From a virus (lineage: Duplodnaviria > Caudoviricetes), in the IMG/VR virus record IMGVR_UViG_3300042401_001464, positions 1 to 31,764 of that record: a stretch of 31,764 nucleotides of DNA, one strand, 5' to 3'. The position numbers and the translations under genes were made by a program. Below the pieces are notes generated by a model that was given only the letters and a program-made list of their open reading frames with translations, ran no database searches and had not been told where the DNA came from. Shown here piece after piece: positions 1 through 8,004 of the stretch (positions within the stretch are counted from its first letter, which is position 1; every line of letters begins with the position of its first letter).

Positions 1-616
1 TTATGTGTCCAAGGTCAATCTGGTCTAACCTACCCCAAACGTCGCCATCCTTTATTATATAGCTAGGTCCACCTGAGTATTCTCTGAGTCTCCATCCGTA
101 GTATTCTACGATGTCTTCTCCTTTCGCAACGAAAGGAAGTTTTGATATACAATATACCTGGAACGCACTTCCTTCCAACATAAGTGTGTCTATGTCCTCT
201 ATCTCATCTCTTTCTTTCATCTCGTCTGGACAATCGTGTGGTGCATAATAGGTTTTATAACCGGCCTCGTCTGCAAGGTTATCTAGTGCGTAGAGTATTT
301 CAGAAGGTGACTGTTCGCTATACTCCCAGTTTGTGAAGGTTATTTCTAACACTACGTTATTTTCGCCTGGTAGTAGAACATCGGTCATCTCAATTTTTTC
401 TACGTGTGTAAGGAAACTTTCAATTGTTATTTCCCATCCCTGATCCGTCATTTCGACTAGGTACTCTCTGAGTAGGTCTTGATCTATCGCGGAAGCATTC
501 GGATCTGTTGGTGCCTCAGGATCTGGTTGTTCGTGTGGTACGATATCTGGGAAGAGCGACATTTGTAATCCTTTCTTCGCTTCGTTTATAAAGTCTGTAT
601 ATCTTTTTAATTTCAT
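1..616 (-). CDS. Hypothetical acidic protein, 3'-truncated by the window edge (MKLKRYTDFINEAKKGLQMSLFP...)
   Basis: ATG at 616-614, frame open to position 1; not in the ORF track; carries the shared MKxxxY/FxxFxxE N-terminus. Confidence 0.8.
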   Translation of the reverse strand, partial: MKLKRYTDFINEAKKGLQMSLFPDIVPHEQPDPEAPTDPNASAIDQDLLREYLVEMTDQGWEITIESFLTHVEKIEMTDVLLPGENNVVLEITFTNWEYSEQSPSEILYALDNLADEAGYKTYYAPHDCPDEMKERDEIEDIDTLMLEGSAFQVYCISKLPFVAKGEDIVEYYGWRLREYSGGPSYIIKDGDVWGRLDQIDLGHI

Positions 617-620
617 ATTA

Positions 621-848
621 TTAAAAATGTTTTGAGATTATATGATCAATCGCATTTATCTCTTTATTATAGTTTTTTATCTCTAAATCGTCGTTTGATT
701 TATCTCTAAGTTCTTTGAATCTAAATCTCGAATCTAAAAGATCATTAATATCACCTGGTTGGAATTTATTAATTACGTAATTTTTATATGTTTCTGTTCG
801 TATGAATTCGGATTCTTTAAATCCTTCGAATAATTTTATATACTTCAT
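621..848 (-). CDS. Small hypothetical protein with capsid-targeting-like N-terminus
   Basis: 75 aa, MKYIKLFEGFKESE; TTAATATATA box immediately upstream. Confidence 0.7.
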   Translation of the reverse strand: MKYIKLFEGFKESEFIRTETYKNYVINKFQPGDINDLLDSRFRFKELRDKSNDDLEIKNYNKEINAIDHIISKHF

Positions 849-864
849 AGAAATATATATTAAA

Positions 865-893
865 CAAAAAAGGCGACATTGTCACCTTTTTTG
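865..893. terminator. Intrinsic terminator, likely bidirectional
   Basis: aaaaaaggcgac-att-gtcacctttttt. Confidence 0.7.
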
Positions 894-916
894 TTTAATT
901 ATGTCACGCAAAGTTT

Positions 917-1414
917 TCAAGCGAAAAAGAAAACCGCCCTTACGTTGTCCGTGTTTTCATCGAGATTTTTCATCCTTTCGAGTGTTTCCCTGAACTCGTC
1001 AAAGTCGCTCCAGTCGTGTTCAAGTAACTCGGTCAGTGTGAAGTAACTATGTGAGTGACCATCACCTTTCCACTGCTCTACGATGTAGAGGTATGCGTCC
1101 GATGCGTCATCGGGAACACCTCTCGGCTCTGCAATCGCGTCACCTTCACCGTAGGACCTCACGTTGGCCAGTCTCGAGAAAAGTGAGTAGTTCCTTCCTG
1201 AGTAGAGTGCGTTCGGATAATTCGACCAGTGTATATCACCATCACCGTAGTCCTCAGCTTCCCAGGTGTCCGCTGAAATCCATCTAGGTTCTGATGTTTC
1301 ACCGAGTAATTCGTTTACTCGGTTCTCTCTTTTATTCACCTTTGAAGTAGGTGTCGTCTCGTTTTCTGGATCGGTGGTGAATCTTTCCACGTACCAATGA
1401 ATATCTGCTCCGAT
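917..1414 (-). CDS. Conserved phage hypothetical protein (xGxDIH...RNYxLFxxLAxVR...HSHS type); start uncertain
   Basis: Track ORF 917..1390 extends in frame to ATC-GGA-GCA-GAT-ATT-CAT (IGADIHWYVE) at 1414. Confidence 0.65.
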   Translation of the reverse strand: MGADIHWYVERFTTDPENETTPTSKVNKRENRVNELLGETSEPRWISADTWEAEDYGDGDIHWSNYPNALYSGRNYSLFSRLANVRSYGEGDAIAEPRGVPDDASDAYLYIVEQWKGDGHSHSYFTLTELLEHDWSDFDEFRETLERMKNLDENTDNVRAVFFFA

Positions 1415-1491
1415 GATTTCTAAGTTTTAGATAAGTTAAACATATACTTATCATATTTTTGGTATATCTCAAAGTTTAATTATCTTCATAT

Positions 1492-1665
1492 TTATTTGTC
1501 TAATTTTTTTACTAATTTCTTTATTTTTTTCGCGGTATCGTTAACTCCCTCCATATACATTGAGGGTTTAGTTTCGTTCCTTATACAAAACTGTACATTG
1601 CGTTCTATTATCCAATTTAGTTCGTTAATAAGTATTTTACGCTTCTTATGTTTCTTTTTTCCCAT
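1492..1665 (-). CDS. Small basic hypothetical protein (57 aa, MGKKKHKKRK...)
   Basis: ATG..TAA read manually; A-rich leader; same strand as neighbours. Confidence 0.55.
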   Translation of the reverse strand: MGKKKHKKRKILINELNWIIERNVQFCIRNETKPSMYMEGVNDTAKKIKKLVKKLDK

Positions 1666-1834
1666 ATTAGTTTTTGGTAATATTCTACTCTACTATTAGT
1701 ATAGTATTCATAATATTTGTTTTAGTTTTTTAGTTACTTTTTTAGGTTCTTATGTAGTTCGTTTTCCATTATCCTTTTCTGTTTATATAAAAATAAGGAA
1801 TTTTTATTCAAAACGGAAATGTATCGTAGAAAAA

Positions 1835-1843
1835 TAATATATA
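1835..1843 (+). promoter_or_regulatory. Putative phage late-type promoter box (TAATATATA)
   Basis: Same WWTATATA box recurs a few nt upstream of starts at 848, 8360, 13769, 15084, 24285, 31513 and upstream of the tRNA leaders. Confidence 0.55.
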
Positions 1844-1847
1844 GGAT

Positions 1848-2450
1848 ATGAGATTGATAAAATATAAAGAATTTATTAAAGAGTCAATAGAAGTTTCTGT
1901 TGATTTTATTAAATTCCGTGATTACTTAGTATCACATAACGTACCGGTGGGTGAATATGGCACAGGTAAATACAAAACTATCGGACATCTTTATAAGGAA
2001 ATAAAAGAGGGTGAAACAATACTTACCGAAGAAGATGGTGGTCTAGTTAGACGTGTTGAATTTGTGGGTGCTAAAGTAGTTTATAGGGCACCTGAAGGTA
2101 CTCTTAGACTTTATGAGGCTAAACAAGTATTCAAAGATGGTAGAGTACGAGTTAGAAATAATATGCCATATTCTGCGGCAGAGAAGTTCAAAGTGGGTGA
2201 AGATTTGAATGAAGTACTTGTTAGAGGGATGGAAGAAGAGTTGGGTATACACGTCGATCCTTCACAATTTGCTTTCTATAATAAGAAAGAGGTTGAGAAC
2301 AATGATGACTACCCAGGAATAAGGTCTTTTCACATAGGTCACGAGTACATAGTTAACCTGAATAAAGAACAATATAAACCTGAGGGTTACATAGAGAGAC
2401 AAGATGATAAAGACGTCTACTTCGAATGGAGACCAATCTCAGTTAAATAG
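1848..2450 (+). CDS. Nudix-like hydrolase
   Basis: Nudix-box-like EKFKVGEDLNEVLVRGMEEELGI. Confidence 0.6.
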   Translation: MRLIKYKEFIKESIEVSVDFIKFRDYLVSHNVPVGEYGTGKYKTIGHLYKEIKEGETILTEEDGGLVRRVEFVGAKVVYRAPEGTLRLYEAKQVFKDGRVRVRNNMPYSAAEKFKVGEDLNEVLVRGMEEELGIHVDPSQFAFYNKKEVENNDDYPGIRSFHIGHEYIVNLNKEQYKPEGYIERQDDKDVYFEWRPISVK

Positions 2451-2474
2451 TAAAGTAAAATAAAATAACTAAAT

Positions 2475-4922
2475 ATGAAATTAAGAAGGTATGACAGTTT
2501 CGTCGAACGTGCAAAGGTTGATAGTAACTTTGAGTTGTTGAACGAGAACCTTGAAAAGTCCAAGAAATTTATGTTGGACAACTACATTTTGTCCACTGCA
2601 GTAAAATCAATAGGTCTTGCCAATCTACTTGGTAAAGAAAAGGCTGAGCAAATCGAGTACGATATGCAGGAGGGTAACAAAAAGTCTTTAAGTCCTACGG
2701 ACTTCGCCGGGATAGACACTGAGAAGAAGAAGATGCTCACTGATGAGATGAAGTCTGTCAAAAGTAAACGTGAGACTTTGTTAGAAGGTGATACTTTGAC
2801 AAAGTTGAGTAATAGAGTGGGTGTTGACATCAATAGCTTGAAGTCAATGAACTCTTGGCTTTCTGAGTATGGTCCGAACGACGTTTTACCACACATAAAC
2901 AAAGATGGGAATCCTGTCGAAGTGGTTGTTAGTAGATTGGACGATAATACAGTGAAGGGTCTTATTACGACACCGGAGTTCAAAGCACTCAGAGAGCTTT
3001 CAGTTGAAGCCACTGCGGCTGATGGTAAGACCAAAGAATACGTTCTGGATAAAGACAACATCGGTTGGCTTTCAAACTTTGTCTACTTCTACTATGTAGA
3101 GGGTACAGACTTAGAAGGACTCAAAGCTATCTACAAGATGCTCATTGAGAATAGTGACCTTCTACCTAAATTGGAGATAATGGAGGGTGTAAAGCTCGTT
3201 AAAAAACCATTCGACCTGAACTTCATAAACATAAGGATACCTAACAACGCAGAGAAGCTGATTGATGCGCTCAATAGACTTCCTTTACAAAGAAATTACA
3301 ACAAATATTATAAAGACCTTCCTAGACACTTAAGAGCGGATCTTGACAAAGAGCCACAGATTATAAAGGATAAGTTCGCTGCTGTTGCAGAGGGATTTGA
3401 GGCACTATTCATAAACCCAGCGACTGAGAAAAGATGGACTGATAAAGAAAAACTTGAAAAAGCGGATAAAGACTTCAAAGGATTTTGGGGTAAGATGGAC
3501 AAAGACACACGTGAGGGATCGAAGACTTTCGGACAATCAGTTTTTATGTCCCCTATATTCAGATACAAAACTATCACCGAACTAATCGATAATGCTAATG
3601 GATACCTCAAAGCACTTGGTAACTCTAACTTCGAGGCATTTTATGACAAATTCAACACGTGTAACCTACAATTCGGGGATGCCGGTGCAAAAGAGATGTT
3701 CAATGCTAAGGGTATTTTCGTAATTGAAGTCAAATCTTTCGGTGCCAATAGGGTTCTAAATGGTCACACAACACACTGTATCAAAGACTCACTTAGTCAG
3801 TGGAACAACTATGTGAATATGGACAAGAACCGTAACTTCGTTGAGGAGAACAAGCAGTACTACATCTACAACTTCAACCTTCTTTCATCTGACCCGATGT
3901 GGACTATTGGTGCAACAATCGAACCGGATGACAATTCTGGACACCTAAGGGCGGCTCACAATAAAACTGACCAGAGTGTTTCTCATAGTCTATTTAAGAT
4001 ACTCAATGACTGGACAGAAAAATATGACATCAAAGAAGATGCGACGAATAAGGCGAAGGCACTCGGTGCGACCAGTGAAGAAATTGAGAAATATGGACCA
4101 TTATATTGTATAATGAGACCTTTATCAGGTGATGAGTTTGATAGGAAAAAGGCACAAAGACAAAACAACATAGAAATAGTAAAACCAGGATTATCGATCG
4201 ATAGGTTGAAATGGCTCACTATTGGTGGTAAGGACGAGAATGGTAAGGTTGATCCTAAATCCGGAGGAGCTGATGTGAACAGGGAAGGTGATAAAAAGAA
4301 TAGTGCCGCCCTCTACAACGCTGTATTGGAAGATGATGTCGAAAAGGCGGAACTTCTTCTAAATCTTGGTGCGATGCCTAACCTATTTGACAATAGGAGA
4401 AACGCACCAATATCTTTTGCGAAATCTAAAGAGATGATAAAACTACTTGTTTCTAGGGGATCCGTTCTTACACCACAGGTTTTTGGTACAATCTGTCAAG
4501 ATGTAGAGACTGTTGAGTTCTGTTTGAAATCTGGTCTTGATCCGAACTTTGAGAACTCTTTCCCACTTAGAGCATCTTGTAAAGGATCTTATAAGAGTGC
4601 TAACGAACCAGGTGAAGTTTTTTGGGACTCGTTCAAACTTTCACTTAATTATGGTGCCAGTCTTGTTGATGAGACAGGAAACTTCTGGATACTCAAATGG
4701 GCTGCTGAATATGGGAGAATTGATCTTATCGACTTCGTAGATAAAGAACTTGAAGGTAAACAAGGTTATGTAGGTGCGTATTGTTGGATGTCAATGGTTA
4801 GAAAAAGAACACCAGAAGACAACAAAAAAACCGCTGCTAAACTTATTGAACTTGCGGAGAAATATGAACCAGAAACATGGGACGCACTTCCAGATACTAA
4901 GAAGTGGCACCTAAGAAGATAA
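2475..4922 (+). CDS. 815-aa protein with a LysM-like domain and C-terminal ankyrin repeats
   Basis: EGDTLTKLSNRVGVDINSLKSMN (LysM-like); GADVN..SAALYNAV..AELLLNLGA, LKWAAEYGRIDLI (ankyrin). Confidence 0.7.
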   Translation: MKLRRYDSFVERAKVDSNFELLNENLEKSKKFMLDNYILSTAVKSIGLANLLGKEKAEQIEYDMQEGNKKSLSPTDFAGIDTEKKKMLTDEMKSVKSKRETLLEGDTLTKLSNRVGVDINSLKSMNSWLSEYGPNDVLPHINKDGNPVEVVVSRLDDNTVKGLITTPEFKALRELSVEATAADGKTKEYVLDKDNIGWLSNFVYFYYVEGTDLEGLKAIYKMLIENSDLLPKLEIMEGVKLVKKPFDLNFINIRIPNNAEKLIDALNRLPLQRNYNKYYKDLPRHLRADLDKEPQIIKDKFAAVAEGFEALFINPATEKRWTDKEKLEKADKDFKGFWGKMDKDTREGSKTFGQSVFMSPIFRYKTITELIDNANGYLKALGNSNFEAFYDKFNTCNLQFGDAGAKEMFNAKGIFVIEVKSFGANRVLNGHTTHCIKDSLSQWNNYVNMDKNRNFVEENKQYYIYNFNLLSSDPMWTIGATIEPDDNSGHLRAAHNKTDQSVSHSLFKILNDWTEKYDIKEDATNKAKALGATSEEIEKYGPLYCIMRPLSGDEFDRKKAQRQNNIEIVKPGLSIDRLKWLTIGGKDENGKVDPKSGGADVNREGDKKNSAALYNAVLEDDVEKAELLLNLGAMPNLFDNRRNAPISFAKSKEMIKLLVSRGSVLTPQVFGTICQDVETVEFCLKSGLDPNFENSFPLRASCKGSYKSANEPGEVFWDSFKLSLNYGASLVDETGNFWILKWAAEYGRIDLIDFVDKELEGKQGYVGAYCWMSMVRKRTPEDNKKTAAKLIELAEKYEPETWDALPDTKKWHLRR

Positions 4923-4926
4923 AACT

Positions 4927-4954
4927 AAAAAGGCATCCGATTGGATGCCTTTTT
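4927..4954. terminator. Bidirectional intrinsic terminator between convergent genes
   Basis: aaaaggcatcc-gatt-ggatgccttttt. Confidence 0.85.
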
Positions 4955-5584
4955 TCATTCGTCGTCTCTTACACACCTGACTGCAGCTCTGTCGTAAAGA
5001 GATCCTTTACCTTTACTTTTATTTCTACTATTATCCAATTCAATTCCTTCACACCTACTATCACTTATTGTAGATGACCACCAAAATCCACCTTTTTGTT
5101 TCTCTACCTTTTTCTTAAGTATTGTATCATCCTTAACAATTTCATAACTTATATAACCTGGTAATTCACTAAACATAAACATTTTAATATCTATATCAAC
5201 CATATTCATATTAAATAATGTGTCCCATTCACCTATTCTAGGAACTCTCCATTTATCAGGACATGCATTTTGTGCACCCGCCGGATTAAAATATATACTA
5301 TCGTAGTTTGCATTTATGAAAAGACCTACACCTGACATATTTCTCTGTGTCTTCATATTTAGTAGGTTTTTTTTACCATAAGGTCTCAAATCATTTAGAA
5401 ACCAAAGTTTCCAATTTATTGTCTCTGTTCCATTGATGTCTTGATTTAAATATCCTATTCTTACGATTTTGTAAAGATGACCTTCAAAAACCATATCATT
5501 TTTAATTTGAAAAAGACGACTAGAAATGCTCTGTCCAAACGATGTCGAGCAGAGCATTACAAATATGTATATTAGATTTCTCAT
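4955..5584 (-). CDS. Secreted FISUMP (Fibrobacter succinogenes major paralogous domain) protein
   Basis: Signal peptide; ACPDKWRVPRIGEWDTL, GFWWSST, AVRCVRD motifs. Confidence 0.75.
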   Translation of the reverse strand: MRNLIYIFVMLCSTSFGQSISSRLFQIKNDMVFEGHLYKIVRIGYLNQDINGTETINWKLWFLNDLRPYGKKNLLNMKTQRNMSGVGLFINANYDSIYFNPAGAQNACPDKWRVPRIGEWDTLFNMNMVDIDIKMFMFSELPGYISYEIVKDDTILKKKVEKQKGGFWWSSTISDSRCEGIELDNSRNKSKGKGSLYDRAAVRCVRDDE

Positions 5585-5943
5585 TCTTTGTGTAGGTAGC
5601 CATTTACTAAATTACTTACCGCAAGTGCCACACCTGCTAAACCTAAACCACCGATGATCCATAGTGGATTATCTTTTAATACTCCAATCATACCGGAAAC
5701 CGCCACAACACTCAATAATAATACTGCGAACATAGGCATTATTCCTTTTGTGTTTGTTACCTTATCAATTCTTTCTACCCACACCAATCTCTCAATTGCA
5801 TCCTGCATGTCTTTTCCGTATGCTGGAACGTCGTGGATTGTTCCATCAACTTCTTGTATGGTTACTTTGTATTTAAAGTATCCTGGGTGATCTTTACTTT
5901 CTCTAATTAGTTCTGCTTTTGTTGCTTTTCTTCTACTCTTCAT
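5581..5943 (-). CDS. Hypothetical membrane protein (2 C-terminal TM helices)
   Basis: 120-aa ORF with hydrophobic C-terminus; ATGA overlap with the next gene. Confidence 0.75.
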   Translation of the reverse strand: MKSRRKATKAELIRESKDHPGYFKYKVTIQEVDGTIHDVPAYGKDMQDAIERLVWVERIDKVTNTKGIMPMFAVLLLSVVAVSGMIGVLKDNPLWIIGGLGLAGVALAVSNLVNGYLHKE

Positions 5944-5963
5944 TTTTGTTTTGTTTCTTTTTA

Positions 5964-5971
5964 CAAATGTA
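5964..5971 (-). promoter_or_regulatory. Bacteroidota-type sigmaA -7 element (TACATTTG)
   Basis: Matches TAnnTTTG; recurs at 6815-6822, 7961-7968, 9249-9256, 9348-9355, 17089-17096, 19976-19983. Confidence 0.65.
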
Positions 5972-6005
5972 TGTATTTATTTTAATTATGTCTGTGAAAT
6001 GTCTG

Positions 6006-6143
6006 TTAATTATTTAATGTTAAATTAACTTTACTTATTATTTTTCTAATGGTGGTCAATATTGATATATTTTTATTAGCATCTTTTCTTAATTTTTCTC
6101 TACTAGATTTAATAGTGCCTTCAATAACTATTCGTGTCTTCAT
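6006..6143 (-). CDS. Possible small basic protein (45 aa, MKTRIVIEG...)
   Basis: ATG..TAA just downstream of tRNA-Ala; no motif recognised. Confidence 0.35.
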   Translation of the reverse strand: MKTRIVIEGTIKSSREKLRKDANKNISILTTIRKIISKVNLTLNN

Positions 6144-6165
6144 ATTTTAATTTAATTTTTTTTCG

Positions 6166-6241
6166 TGGAGCAGGTAGGAATCGAACCTACCACATACGCT
6201 CAGTGCAAATGAGCCCCGCCAGCCTTGGTACATGCTGCCCC
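6166..6241 (-). tRNA. tRNA-Ala(TGC)
   Basis: GCTCA-TT-TGC-AC-TGAGC; G3:U70; atypical D arm. Confidence 0.85.
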
Positions 6242-6299
6242 AAATTGAAGGAAGACTAACCTTCTTTGTCCTTTGTACGTAGGGACTTTTAAGTCTTTT

Positions 6300-6375
6300 T
6301 GGGCGAGAGACGGGCTTGAACCCGCGACCTTCTGGTTGGAAGTCAGATGCTCTAAGCCAACTGAGCTACTCTCGC
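6300..6375 (-). tRNA. tRNA-Gly(TCC)
   Basis: GCGAGAG acceptor; anticodon loop CT-TCC-AA. Confidence 0.9.
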
Positions 6376-6385
6376 GTTTATTTTG

Positions 6386-6459
6386 TACCGATAGCGGGAC
6401 TTGAACCCACAACCTTGACGATATAAGCGTCCTGCTCTCACCAATTGAGCTATATCGGC
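6386..6459 (-). tRNA. tRNA-Ile(TAT)
   Basis: GACG-CT-TAT-AT-CGTC; full cloverleaf. Confidence 0.88.
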
Positions 6460-6468
6460 GTTTCAAAG

Positions 6469-6542
6469 TAGTCCGTATGGGATTCGAACCCATGATCTTC
6501 TCATAGAAAGTGAGACGTGTTAAACCACTTCACTAACGGACC
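6469..6542 (-). tRNA. tRNA-Glu(TTC)
   Basis: TCTCA-CT-TTC-TA-TGAGA. Confidence 0.92.
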
Positions 6543-6552
6543 ATATATTTTG

Positions 6553-6636
6553 TGGGAACCGCGGGATTCGAACCCGCTCAGGCGTAAGCCACTTGTTTTA
6601 CAGACAAGCCCGACTCTCCAACGTCGGCGCGCTCCC
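6553..6636 (-). tRNA. tRNA-Tyr(GTA)
   Basis: CTTGT-CT-GTA-AA-ACAAG; long variable arm. Confidence 0.92.
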
Positions 6637-6643
6637 ATAAACG

Positions 6644-6675
6644 AAAAAACCCAATCTGTTTTGCAGACTGGGTTT
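6644..6675 (-). terminator. Attenuator terminator 1, directly 5' of tRNA-Tyr
   Basis: AAACCCAGTCTG-CAAAA-CAGATTGGG-TTTTTT. Confidence 0.85.
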
Positions 6676-6698
6676 ATCATATTTTGTAATCTTTACAA

Positions 6699-6785
6699 CT
6701 ACTCAACAGACAAAGTCAGTCCACTTACAAAGCTACCCGCTTCATATGCATACCCTATGGCTTCTATTTTGTGTGTTGTTTTCAT
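6699..6785 (-). CDS. Putative attenuation leader peptide 1, MKTTHKIEAIGYAYEAGSFVSGLTLSVE
   Basis: 28 aa between promoter boxes and terminator; 11-codon run of I/E/A/G/Y only. Confidence 0.8.
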   Translation of the reverse strand: MKTTHKIEAIGYAYEAGSFVSGLTLSVE

Positions 6786-6916
6786 TGTTTTAGTTTTTAT
6801 CGTTGTTTCTTTTACAAATATAAGTATTTTTCTTTTACTTGTTCTATATATATTATATTTTTTTCCTCTCTTTTTGTATTTTATCGAAAATAAGTGAAAA
6901 AGTTTTATATTTTTTG

Positions 6917-7000
6917 TGGAAAGCTACGGAATCGAACCGTATACCTTTAGGTACCCACTGTTTTCAAGACAGGGCTGCAGGCCGCTGCAGTTCATCTTCC
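6917..7000 (-). tRNA. Atypical tRNA-Ser(TGA) with 6-bp D stem, imperfect acceptor stem and A73
   Basis: CTGT-CT-TGA-AA-ACAG; long variable arm; GGTTCGATTCC. Confidence 0.7.
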
Positions 7001-7002
7001 AT

Positions 7003-7089
7003 TGGCGGAGAGCAGAGTATTTGAAACCCATTCCTTTCAGAACCACTCGCTTAGCAGGCGGTGTCAGGGACCTCCCTGATTTACTATCC
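7003..7089 (-). tRNA. tRNA-Ser(GCT), 8/4-type fold
   Basis: CGC-CT-GCT-AA-GCG; G73 plus encoded CCA; long variable arm. Confidence 0.8.
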
Positions 7090-7096
7090 ATTTTTG

Positions 7097-7184
7097 CGGA
7101 AAAAGTCGGGCTCGAACCGACACACCACTGGGGCCTACGCATTTCAAGTGCGCTGAGCTTAGTCCTCACTGCTCTTATTTTTCC
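7097..7184 (-). tRNA. tRNA-Ser(TGA)
   Basis: GCGCA-CT-TGA-AA-TGCGT; G73; long variable arm. Confidence 0.85.
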
Positions 7185-7189
7185 TTTTG

Positions 7190-7261
7190 TAGTCCCAGAG
7201 GGATTCGAACCCCCACCTGATCGGCCGTAACGACCTGTCCTGTCCAGTTAGACGATGGAAC
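7190..7261 (-). tRNA. tRNA-Arg(ACG)
   Basis: GGTCG-TT-ACG-GC-CGATC. Confidence 0.88.
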
Positions 7262-7272
7262 TATATAAACAC

Positions 7273-7304
7273 AAAAAACCCTCGGCGTTTAGTCCGAGGG
7301 TTTT
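7273..7304 (-). terminator. Attenuator terminator 2, 5' of tRNA-Arg
   Basis: AAAACCCTCGG-ACTAAACG-CCGAGGG-TTTTTT. Confidence 0.85.
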
Positions 7305-7330
7305 ATTTATATGATACAATTAAAGTATTA

Positions 7331-7408
7331 CTAACTAAATAAACACGTCAGATCTATCACTCTACTCGAGCGACTTAAACTTGACGATATGTTAATAATA
7401 GTTTTCAT
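7331..7408 (-). CDS. Putative attenuation leader peptide 2, MKTIINISSSLSRSSRVIDLTCLFS
   Basis: 25 aa; TCG TCA AGT TTA AGT CGC TCG AGT AGA run. Confidence 0.78.
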   Translation of the reverse strand: MKTIINISSSLSRSSRVIDLTCLFS

Positions 7409-7437
7409 AATTCTTTATTTGTTATATATTATAAATG

Positions 7438-7988
7438 TAGTTCTTTGTTTAGATTATTCTTTCTTTATATCTAAAAGCTGTTTACGTATTTTTCTAAAAT
7501 CTTTTCTTGAATAACCTGATAATCCTTCTTTATTAAATTGTCTGTATAATTTTGAGCAATAGTTAATCTGTTGGTTGATTGCATAGTCTCTACGTTCTTT
7601 CCATGAATCTGTAAAAGGATGATTTTGCATTTCTTTACGATTTCGATATACACTATCACAAAATGTAATCTCGGAGTCTAAAATGGGACTACGTGTATTT
7701 ATATATTTAGTTACCCATTTTTCACGTTCTAATATCTTTTGTCTTTTGTGAATATTTTCTTCGTTTTTTTTATTACGCCACTCTTTAAAAGTCTGTGGGT
7801 GTGAGTTTATATAACTAGAGTTAATATATCCAGAGTAACTATACGAATAGTATTGTCCGTTGATTACTCCGTGACCATTGATACTATAATATTGTGCTGA
7901 TACCAAAATACACGTTAGTAACGAGATGGTCAATAAAATTATTTTTGAATTTCTCATATACAAATATAGTTCTTTGTTTAGATTATTC
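7438..7988. repeat. 22-bp direct repeat TAGTTCTTTGTTTAGATTATTC (7438-7459 and 7967-7988) flanking one ORF
   Basis: Exact match read from the sequence. Confidence 0.9.
7454..7963 (-). CDS. Hypothetical secreted protein
   Basis: 169 aa with an N-terminal signal peptide; TATATTTG at the 5' end, so the true start may be the second Met. Confidence 0.7.
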   Translation of the reverse strand: MYMRNSKIILLTISLLTCILVSAQYYSINGHGVINGQYYSYSYSGYINSSYINSHPQTFKEWRNKKNEENIHKRQKILEREKWVTKYINTRSPILDSEITFCDSVYRNRKEMQNHPFTDSWKERRDYAINQQINYCSKLYRQFNKEGLSGYSRKDFRKIRKQLLDIKKE

Positions 7989-8004
7989 CTAATCTTTTTA
8001 TTTT

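Noticed and set aside
6243-6298. Two small hairpins in the Gly-Ala tRNA spacer
   Set aside because: Stems are only 4-5 bp; not enough to call an RNA
6917-7000. tRNA-Sec or opal suppressor
   Set aside because: The anticodon on the coding strand is TGA (Ser), not TCA, despite the SelC-like D arm
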